A DNA stretch of 64,000 nt from an uncultured Candidatus Poseidoniales archaeon (GTDB lineage: Archaea; Thermoplasmatota; Poseidoniia; Poseidoniales; Thalassarchaeaceae). The notes under the pieces are model-generated. The model was not told where the DNA came from and made no database searches. It saw only the letters and a list, made by a program, of their open reading frames with translations. The first letter of the stretch is position 1. Every line of letters starts with the position of its first letter. The stretch lies in NCBI GenBank assembly GCA_964585295.1, contig CAZPCY010000004.1, positions 90,786 through 154,785 on the forward strand, written 5' to 3'. The position numbers and the translations under genes were made by a program. Shown here piece by piece: positions 27,067 through 34,649 of this stretch.

Positions 27067-28005
27067 TCAGCCTTCCGTGCGACGAAGGGCCATCAAGTCG
27101 TCGATGCCCACAGTCTCACCGCTCATGAGGAGATCCATGAGGTCCTTGACCTCGACGCGCTCATCAACCCCTTGGAGCCCTTTTCCTCGGTTCTCGCTCG
27201 CCCTGACTAGGTCTTGGATTGAGTGTAGGCAGCGTAGCGAGACGACGTACCTCTGGTGGTGTTGATCAGCGACCCGACGGAAGCGCTCGACCTTGCGATG
27301 GGCACGCTGTGCCTCGTCGCGGAGCCGATCAACTTCGCGTGAGATTTCCCCCATGAGGTCGTGCGCCGATTGAGCAGCCTCGGCGGCTGCCCCTACCGCC
27401 TGGTGCGCCTCCTCGTGTGCTTCGGATGCTTCTCCTACCGCCTTCTTCGCAGCACCAATCGCGGTGTTTCCAGAATCGGCCTTCTCAGCCTCCTTCAGTT
27501 CCCGAAACAGTCGCTTGAGGCGATCCATGGTCTCACGCTCCTTGTTCGGACCGATTGAACCGGTCTCGAGACTCCACTCAAGACGCTGGATCTCCTTGCG
27601 CAAGCGGGCCGGATTCGATCTCTTACCCTCGGATCCACCCGATTCTTCAATCAGATCCTTGAGGTTGTCTCGCACCTCTCGCAATTCGGTGGTCCTAGTT
27701 CGTCGTGCATCCTTCAGTTCTCGGACCCGAGCGTTCTCTCCATCTCGAATCTCACGCTGCTTCTGCATCTCGTCGATTAGTTCACGGACCTTGCTGCTCG
27801 CTTCCCTCCTCGTCTTGAGGTGGGTCTGCGTCTCGCCGTTGTTCCGGTCTCTCTCCTCGCGAGCGTCGTTCGCCTTCCGGTCGACGACCTCCCGCTTTGC
27901 GAGCAGCGTCTTCTTCACTGTCGACCACCCGTCATTCGGAGTCCCATCAGGGCGCGATGAGCGATATGCCGGCCGGTTATAAGTGCGATGCTGAATGGAC
28001 GTCAC
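27067..28005 (-). CDS. Archaeal coiled-coil protein (COG1340-like), paralog 1
   Basis: Heptad-rich K/R/E sequence. Central KEIQRLEWSLETGSIGPNKERETMDRLKRL motif; C-terminal LMSGETVGIDDLMAL. Confidence 0.6.
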   Translation of the reverse strand: MTSIQHRTYNRPAYRSSRPDGTPNDGWSTVKKTLLAKREVVDRKANDAREERDRNNGETQTHLKTRREASSKVRELIDEMQKQREIRDGENARVRELKDARRTRTTELREVRDNLKDLIEESGGSEGKRSNPARLRKEIQRLEWSLETGSIGPNKERETMDRLKRLFRELKEAEKADSGNTAIGAAKKAVGEASEAHEEAHQAVGAAAEAAQSAHDLMGEISREVDRLRDEAQRAHRKVERFRRVADQHHQRYVVSLRCLHSIQDLVRASENRGKGLQGVDERVEVKDLMDLLMSGETVGIDDLMALRRTEG

Positions 28006-28111
28006 ACATCTCTCTGGTCCTTTCCCTAATCGGAGATTACAGTATGTGCATCGGAGTCTTAGGCCGAAGGTTCATTCAGTTGGTCCGACGCGGCTTGGAC
28101 GAGGTATTAGC

Positions 28112-28795
28112 ATGTTCCTGACCGGCATAGCAGGCATGAATCGAGTCATGGAGAGAGACGCGCAGTCACCCTACCTGACTTTGTTGACCGGGCCGCCCGG
28201 GGCGATGAAATCTAGTTACGCCCTCAGCATGATGTCGAACCATCTTCGATCGCAGGGTGGTTTCGGACTCTATTGCACCGTGGAGGAGACTGTTGATTCT
28301 TTGATGCGATCGGCCCATTCGCTCGGCCTTCATCTCCCATCGAATCTGCAGTTGACTGATTTCACCGAACTTCGCAAGGAGAACCAGTCGATGGATTACC
28401 TCAAGTTCACTCGTCGTATGATTGAGCACTTCAAGGCGGAACGAGGCGATCAGTTCTCGGCCTTCGTGCTCGACTCCCTAGGTGCGATTTACAGTCTAAC
28501 GACGGTTGACGAGGAGATGCGGGTTAGGATGTTCAACTTCTTCGACTTCCTCCGGGCTCAGGATCTCTACACATTCATCATCACAGAGCGTCAATCTGGC
28601 CAGCACGCAGAGTTGGAAGGCAACGAAGGATTCCTAGCTGACGCGATTCTGAACCTCGGCGTTGACTTCCGAAATGGCCAGATCGTTCGGACTCTTCAGG
28701 TTGAGAAGTTGCGTCACATCAGGCATTCGATGGAGAAGCAGGCTCTGCATGTCGGACATACCGGTGTCGAAATCATAGGTCCGCTCTTCGACTGA
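28112..28795 (+). CDS. Single-domain KaiC/RecA-superfamily ATPase with atypical P-loop
   Basis: TGIAGMNRVM ... LLTGPPGAMKS (Walker A with Met where Gly is expected), TVEE, Walker B FVLDSLG, EKLRHIRH. Start taken at the internal ATG 28112. Confidence 0.6.
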   Translation: MFLTGIAGMNRVMERDAQSPYLTLLTGPPGAMKSSYALSMMSNHLRSQGGFGLYCTVEETVDSLMRSAHSLGLHLPSNLQLTDFTELRKENQSMDYLKFTRRMIEHFKAERGDQFSAFVLDSLGAIYSLTTVDEEMRVRMFNFFDFLRAQDLYTFIITERQSGQHAELEGNEGFLADAILNLGVDFRNGQIVRTLQVEKLRHIRHSMEKQALHVGHTGVEIIGPLFD

Positions 28796-28822
28796 GGCAC
28801 AGCCTCCGTAATTGCGGGCCAA

Positions 28823-29167
28823 TCAGATGCGTGGCATCAAGGGAGACAATCGCGCCGCCGCATCAATCGCCGCAGCCCGGACGGATCCATGATTAGGAGT
28901 TCTTTCCATGGCGACCAACAATCGATGATTTTGGTCGACTCTGATGACAATCAGGATTCCGTCCGAGCCAATCAGAGTCACTCTCTCAATCTCCTCGCCG
29001 AGGTCGTTGGCGCCCGCTTCCAGCAACGAGGCCGAGACGGCAGCGCCCGCCTCTGTGGTGGCGACTCCTTCTGGTGCGGTGATCAGAGGCAGCCCGTCAC
29101 CGCCAGAGAGACACGCCCACCGCACGTCAGGAGAGGAGGCGAGATCGCCGACTATCCTCTCCCTCAT
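28823..29167 (-). CDS. Roadblock/LC7 (MglB-like) domain protein
   Basis: 114 aa with the pattern VRWACLSGGDGLPLIT ... AAVSASLLEAG ... VTLIGSDGILIVIRVDQNHRLLVAM, typical of Roadblock/LC7. Confidence 0.5.
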   Translation of the reverse strand: MRERIVGDLASSPDVRWACLSGGDGLPLITAPEGVATTEAGAAVSASLLEAGANDLGEEIERVTLIGSDGILIVIRVDQNHRLLVAMERTPNHGSVRAAAIDAAARLSPLMPRI

Positions 29168-29260
29168 CGTCGCTGCGAGTTGCGAGTCCGTTCATCATCG
29201 TGCCGTCTTGGTATCGCCTCATCCCGGGACTACAGGCGGGGCCAAGTACTGGCCAAGCCG

Positions 29261-30184
29261 TCAATAGAGCCCGCCGCCGAGGAAAATAATACCAAAGCAG
29301 GCGATGATGAAGATGACCGGCAAGGAGAGGAATCCTGCACCGATGCCCATAGCCATTGCCTTGTTCGTCTGTGCGGCCTTCACAATGAGTGCTATGCACA
29401 TTATCGGCACACCGAAACATAAGAAGGTAAACATCAATCCTTCATCAATCGGTGGCTCGTAGTAGAAATCGATGTACAAGATGAAGTCGATTCTCATCTC
29501 TGGATCCACAATGTCGAACCAAATGGTCTGATTCGCTCCATTCCAGCCGCCGACGACGGTCATGTTCTCCTCCCAGTAGCCATCCTGATCATCAGTAAAT
29601 CGTTTTTCATGGTAGATGAAAACACCTCGAGAGAATTCGCTATCGTAATCGGAATAATCCTCTCCCGGATGGTCAAGGACATCGGTGCCCATATCGGTGT
29701 ATTTCTGAGGAATATCGGAGTGGTTGACCGCGTCCATGCCCATCCAGTCAACCGCACTCCAATCGATTTCAGGAAGGAAGATCTCGTGGTGCCCATCGGC
29801 TAGGTCCTCGGCACTCACCATACGCTCAAAATGATCATCGTGTGGTTCTCCCATTGTTTCGCCAATGGCGGCGATGACTGGCATCAGGATGAGTATCCCG
29901 AATCCGATTGCCAAGCCCTTGATGAAGGACTTCTGATCGCTTCGTTCCTTCTCTGGTAGGGGTTGACCAAGCGCCACCAATCCACCACCAGCCGGTTGGC
30001 CACTTATCATGCCACTTAGTTGGCCAGACGCTGGATTGGCAACCGCCTCACTTGGAGTCAAGGCCGCATCTGCAAGATTAATCTGGGCGTTTCCTTGGAG
30101 GCCCCCTTCGGTTGGAGTTGCAAACGAATCATCCGGATTCGTGGAGTCCTCCATCGGCGATCCCCCATCCTCTCCGTTCATCAT
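29261..30184 (-). CDS. Membrane protein (acidic extracytoplasmic domain between TM helices), coupled to the radical SAM gene
   Basis: ATGA overlap with the upstream stop. TM helices LAIGFGILILMPVIAAI and, at the C-terminus, FLCFGVPIMCIALIV and GAGFLSLPVIFIIACFGIIFL. Confidence 0.55.
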   Translation of the reverse strand: MMNGEDGGSPMEDSTNPDDSFATPTEGGLQGNAQINLADAALTPSEAVANPASGQLSGMISGQPAGGGLVALGQPLPEKERSDQKSFIKGLAIGFGILILMPVIAAIGETMGEPHDDHFERMVSAEDLADGHHEIFLPEIDWSAVDWMGMDAVNHSDIPQKYTDMGTDVLDHPGEDYSDYDSEFSRGVFIYHEKRFTDDQDGYWEENMTVVGGWNGANQTIWFDIVDPEMRIDFILYIDFYYEPPIDEGLMFTFLCFGVPIMCIALIVKAAQTNKAMAMGIGAGFLSLPVIFIIACFGIIFLGGGLY

Positions 30185-31707
30185 CGTGCCGCCTCCAATC
30201 CACTGCCATCATCGGATTCAGAAATCGGTAGCCGCACCCCATCAGAGGTTCGTGCAGCAATGTCATGATGTGATAGCAGAGCGAGTCCGGCCGCCTCCAA
30301 TTCGCGCCTTATCGGATCGAGTACGGTCTCTTCGAGATTCCCTCGGTAGAACAGGTTGTAGGTGTCGAAAGGGATGATTCGCAGATCTGGAGAGACGATG
30401 TGCACGCACGATTTCTTCACGCTGCGGACATCGAATCCATGTGCGTCTATGAACTCCATGATGATGATCCTGAACACATTGTCGTAAGTCAGGGAATCTG
30501 GAATCTCCAGCGCCGGCAGACAGCACAGCAACTGTGAGATGGCGTTGGTGGCGCTGTTTGGGGAATGCGCCGTCGATAGCAGCCCGAGGACGCTTTTTCG
30601 GAGTTCTGGGTCCTGTTCGAATTGGATCGTCGAGCGAGGTCCAGCGAGCAGCGTCTCATCGTCGATGTGTCTGGTTATCGGCAACACCTCGTCTCCGAGT
30701 CGCAGGGCGTACGCCATGGCGATGCAGTCGGGGTGGCATGGGACCGGAAGCATATCGTCCAGTTCGAACAGTTTGGATTGCTCAGCGATCATCCGGCGGA
30801 CCTCGGATAGCGTGAGCCGATCGGTGGCTGGATTGTAGTCGTCGGTCCGCCCGGCGTCTTGAATCGGCTGGAAGGTCACACCACGAACATGTGGCTGGGA
30901 GAGAGCATAGTCAAGCAGGTTCCCAATCCCTTCGTCATTGACACCCTTCGCGACCGTGCAGACCAGAGTGGTCGAGACCGAATGAGCTGCGAGGTTCGCC
31001 ATCGCCTTCTCTCGGACGCTGCGCAGGTCAGCGCCGCGGAGTTTCATCAGCGGCCCCCGCTCCAGACTGTCGAACTGCAGGTATACTTCGAATCCCGGCA
31101 TGTAAGAAGCCAGCCGCTCGGCGAACTCGGGCTCATTGGCGATTCTTATGCCATTGGTGTTGAGCATCAGATGCTGGATTGGCCTTTCCTTAGCAGCATC
31201 TAGGATGGCGAAAAATTCGGGGTGGAGGGTCGGCTCTCCACCCGAGATCTGGACTACGTCCGGCTCGCCTTCGTTGTCCACCACGGCATCGAGCATCTCG
31301 ATAACATGTTCCAAGGTGCGGTATGAATCCACATGCTCCGGGCCGGATCCGGCGTAGCAGATTGGACATCGCAAATCACAGTGATCAGTCACTTCTACTA
31401 TGGTAAGGCAGGAGTGCTGTTCGTGGGATGGGCAGAGGCCACAGTCATATGGGCAGCCGTGCTTCATCGGAGTGTTCCATCGCTCCGGCATCTCGCTCGG
31501 CTTGACGAACACCTCGCGGCATCGCCGATAGTAATCCGCGTCGTCAGAGATGAGGACCTCAGAGCGCTTGCCGCAGCCGTAGCAGAGCTTGTCCATGAAG
31601 ACCGAATCATCCCGGATGAGGACCTTCGCTTCAGCCCTCCGAAGGCAGGAACCGCAGACGGAGGTCGCGGTATCGTAGAATAGGTAGTCCCTGATCTTGC
31701 CGCTCAC
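30181..31707 (-). CDS. Radical SAM enzyme with N-terminal rubredoxin-like Cys pairs and an auxiliary Cys cluster (COG1964-like; possibly tetraether-synthase-like)
   Basis: CDLRCPICYAG (CxxxCxxC); upstream CGSC...CYGC and GCPYDCGLCPSHEQHSC; ISGGEPTLHP. A GTG start at 31707 forms a GTGA overlap with the Lgt-like stop. The listed ATG at 31806 would overlap that gene by 100 nt. Confidence 0.75.
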   Translation of the reverse strand: MSGKIRDYLFYDTATSVCGSCLRRAEAKVLIRDDSVFMDKLCYGCGKRSEVLISDDADYYRRCREVFVKPSEMPERWNTPMKHGCPYDCGLCPSHEQHSCLTIVEVTDHCDLRCPICYAGSGPEHVDSYRTLEHVIEMLDAVVDNEGEPDVVQISGGEPTLHPEFFAILDAAKERPIQHLMLNTNGIRIANEPEFAERLASYMPGFEVYLQFDSLERGPLMKLRGADLRSVREKAMANLAAHSVSTTLVCTVAKGVNDEGIGNLLDYALSQPHVRGVTFQPIQDAGRTDDYNPATDRLTLSEVRRMIAEQSKLFELDDMLPVPCHPDCIAMAYALRLGDEVLPITRHIDDETLLAGPRSTIQFEQDPELRKSVLGLLSTAHSPNSATNAISQLLCCLPALEIPDSLTYDNVFRIIIMEFIDAHGFDVRSVKKSCVHIVSPDLRIIPFDTYNLFYRGNLEETVLDPIRRELEAAGLALLSHHDIAARTSDGVRLPISESDDGSGLEAAR

Positions 31708-32507
31708 GCCTCTTCGACGGAGTCGGAGGGCAATGAAGCATCGCCATCCAAGACTTCGATTCTTCCAGGACCCGAATACCAAGCGAGAGCGATTAAGCAT
31801 ACCCATTGGATCGGAGACAACCAGAGCAATTCAGTGTCATGCGGTTTAATCGAATCGATGGCGAGTCGCCAGGCAAGGTATCCCATCATGAACCAGCGGA
31901 ATCGTTGACCAGTGGGCATTCTAGGTGCGAACCGAGGAATATTCTTGGCTCGCCGTTCAGCGAGATTGAGCATCAGCAACAGAACTCCTAGGAATACAAT
32001 CTCGTACAGTTGTGTGGGGTGGCGGAACCCATCTCCGAAATCGACGGCCCAAGGCAAGTTGGTGTGGACACCATGCGTCATGTCGGACATTCCTGAGAGG
32101 AAGCATCCTATCCTGCCGATGGCTATCGACACGATGATTGGGGTTGCGTAGACATCACCGGTCCGCACCTTGATTCCAAGATACCATTTCACAGTCTCGA
32201 CAGCAATCATTCCACCGAGAAGTGCGCCTACCACGGTCTTGCCACCGATTAGAAGGGCAGGGTCGTTCGACAATGCCTCGGCAGTTTGAGGAAGATGTTC
32301 GACCCAGACCAGTATTTTGGCTCCGATGATTGCTCCAATCAATGCTCCGAGGATTAGCCAACCACGTACCTCCATACTGATAGAATCGCCACGCTGCTCC
32401 CTCTCGCGCATGATGAGTAAGAATCCGACGATAAAGGCGAGGCTCTCAAACAGCGGATGTGGATGGATCCGGAACGGCCCGAGGGTAAACCAGACCGGGA
32501 ACTGCAT
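31704..32507 (-). CDS. Prolipoprotein diacylglyceryl transferase (Lgt)-family membrane enzyme
   Basis: GKTVVGALLGGMIAVE and GRIGCFLSGMSDMTHGVHTNLPWAVDFGDGFRHPTQLYE parallel the Lgt signatures (GRxGNF ... RHPxQLYE). Seven hydrophobic segments. Confidence 0.7.
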   Translation of the reverse strand: MQFPVWFTLGPFRIHPHPLFESLAFIVGFLLIMREREQRGDSISMEVRGWLILGALIGAIIGAKILVWVEHLPQTAEALSNDPALLIGGKTVVGALLGGMIAVETVKWYLGIKVRTGDVYATPIIVSIAIGRIGCFLSGMSDMTHGVHTNLPWAVDFGDGFRHPTQLYEIVFLGVLLLMLNLAERRAKNIPRFAPRMPTGQRFRWFMMGYLAWRLAIDSIKPHDTELLWLSPIQWVCLIALAWYSGPGRIEVLDGDASLPSDSVEEA

Positions 32508-32537
32508 GGTCCGACGAGGCGTCCCTCGTCCTTCATC

Positions 32538-33722
32538 TCAGCGGACTTCTTCTCGCTCTCTTCCGAGCGCGTGCCGCCTCGGACCACCCCTTCTCGGGGT
32601 TGAACGGCTACGCTTGCGCGGCTTCCCAACGTCGCTTTCCTGCTTATGCCCCTCAGGTTCTTTGGACGGCTGTGGGCCAGTTGCATCTTCTCCACCAGTC
32701 TCTCCGTCATCTCCCGCCAACGCACCTAGGCCACCTCGATCGAGAAGCGCTCCTAGGTCGTCAAGGGTCAACGACCCACCCTCAAGAGCCCTCTCCTGAA
32801 CCTCCTCAAACGACTCTTCTCTAGTCAGCAGTCGTCCGCTTTCCTGCAACCTGAGGAAAGCCTCCAAACGCCCGCGCTCCCTTCTCATGCCTCGAAGATT
32901 CCTTCGTTGCTCCTTTGAGAGCGAATCTATCTCTTCGATCCTGTTGCTGATTCTTTGCACCGCTTTCCAACCGGCATCTTCGCTGTTTGCGTGAGGCACA
33001 TCCGCCAATCCATCTTCGACCACCTTCTCGCTAGCTTCCTTGGATGAATCGAGCAACTTGCCTATCTCTCGCATCCGAAGGCTGCAATCTCGTTGAGTTT
33101 GGTGAGCGTCCTCGGCCTTCTTCTTCCTCAGGTACATCTGCTGATGTTCGAAGAATCGACGGAACATCTCCCTCTCAAGTCCGAATCTGGGAATTTCCCT
33201 CAGATCGTTGTGCATCTGGGTTAATCCTCGATGCAGATGGTGCATCTGTTCCACAATCTGCTCCAGCAGGGGTGGGATGTCCCGATTGATTGAATCTCGG
33301 ATACGCCGCGCTGCCTCCGCCTCTTTCCGAGTCTTGGTCATCTCATCTATGAGCGCTCGTCTCTCAGCGCTCATATCGCTCCTGTTTCGGAGTGCGGCGC
33401 GCATCGCCGTAACAATCTCGACCTGCTGTCGGCGTTCGTCCTTAATCGATGAGTGCTGTTGCTCCATCGCGCGGAGATTGGCCTTCACCTCTCGTAGCAT
33501 CTCCTCGATCATGTGGGAATCCATCTTCTCTAGATCATCGAAGAGACCGGATCCACCGTTGTCAACAGATTTCTTGCGGGAGCGTTTCCTCCTGCCACGA
33601 GACGATCCTCCCCGGGATGCCCGCCCTGAATCTCTGCCATCTCCGCGATGGCCCTTCCGTCCGCTGCCGCGCCCACCTCCGCTCCGGGGGGAGGACTTGC
33701 GAGGACGTCTCTCGTCGCTCAT
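32538..33722 (-). CDS. Coiled-coil protein (COG1340-like), paralog 2, with Arg/Gly-rich termini
   Basis: ATGA overlap with paralog 3. RGG-like N-terminus, long heptad region, C-terminal ALEGGSLTLDDLGALLDRGG. Confidence 0.6.
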   Translation of the reverse strand: MSDERRPRKSSPRSGGGRGSGRKGHRGDGRDSGRASRGGSSRGRRKRSRKKSVDNGGSGLFDDLEKMDSHMIEEMLREVKANLRAMEQQHSSIKDERRQQVEIVTAMRAALRNRSDMSAERRALIDEMTKTRKEAEAARRIRDSINRDIPPLLEQIVEQMHHLHRGLTQMHNDLREIPRFGLEREMFRRFFEHQQMYLRKKKAEDAHQTQRDCSLRMREIGKLLDSSKEASEKVVEDGLADVPHANSEDAGWKAVQRISNRIEEIDSLSKEQRRNLRGMRRERGRLEAFLRLQESGRLLTREESFEEVQERALEGGSLTLDDLGALLDRGGLGALAGDDGETGGEDATGPQPSKEPEGHKQESDVGKPRKRSRSTPRRGGPRRHALGREREEVR

Positions 33723-34540
33723 TCCTCCTCACCTCTGACTGACAATCTTTCGTCGCGCCGGATGGCGCTAGTCGATATGCCACCAGATGCCACGCGGTTA
33801 GCGTCCTCCAGCAGATCCTCGTAGTCACCTTCCATACGACCGAAACCGTCCTGCAGTCGTCGCTCCCAGTACTCGACGGCGCGCTCAGCGTTGCCGAGGA
33901 TAGCCTTCGCTCGGTGGAGTTGCCGATCGGTGTCGACGCGCTCCTTTCTAATCAATCTGAATCGGCTCGATATCGGATCTGCTCTCTTGATTGCCTCAAT
34001 CATCCGCTGGTGCGCCTTGTTCCCGGTTTTGTAGAGGGCATTCATTCTACGCCTCGCATCGATGTAAGCAGCCATCTGGGGGTTCTCTGCCCTGCGTTCC
34101 TTGAGCCACACCTCGTTCTGTTCGACGAGCCGCTGCCTTTCCTTCAGCATCTTGGCCTCTTGTCGATGATCGTAAGCCTCCGTCTCGATTCTCTCGTCTA
34201 TCGATTGCAAATTCTCAATCAGTCGGTCCTTCTTCCACTTCGGATCTAGGCTGACCAGGCCGCCCCCCCCCTCCAGTGAGGAGCGCGCCCTCTCCGCCTC
34301 CTCTCTGAGCGCCTTCGCCTCGGTATGTGCCTCATCGCGCACGACCTTGTGGTCGGCTATGCGATGTTGCGCTTCCCGGTGCGCTTTCGTCGCCTTCTCA
34401 AGTTGTGGCCCGAGTTGATCAGCCGATTCCTCGAGTGTCCTGATGATGTACGGGAGCTGTTCAGACAGCAACCTCCGCCTCAGAAGGACAGCCTCCGCTA
34501 CCTGTTCGGGAGTGAGTTCAAGCAGGGCATCGATCTCCAT
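33719..34540 (-). CDS. Coiled-coil protein (COG1340-like), paralog 3
   Basis: Start placed at the internal ATG 34540 (MEIDALLELTPEQ). The upstream part of the listed ORF is low-complexity and antisense to the next gene. LQSIDERIETEAYDHRQEAKMLKERQRL motif. Confidence 0.55.
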   Translation of the reverse strand: MEIDALLELTPEQVAEAVLLRRRLLSEQLPYIIRTLEESADQLGPQLEKATKAHREAQHRIADHKVVRDEAHTEAKALREEAERARSSLEGGGGLVSLDPKWKKDRLIENLQSIDERIETEAYDHRQEAKMLKERQRLVEQNEVWLKERRAENPQMAAYIDARRRMNALYKTGNKAHQRMIEAIKRADPISSRFRLIRKERVDTDRQLHRAKAILGNAERAVEYWERRLQDGFGRMEGDYEDLLEDANRVASGGISTSAIRRDERLSVRGEEE

Positions 34541-34649
34541 GGAGGCATCGACGGCCACCGTAGAGGCTGCAATAAAGGGTTCCAACCACTTCCGACCGGC
34601 AGCAACGCCTATGCGTCCTTCGCATCGCATCCCGGGCGTGGTCGTGCGT

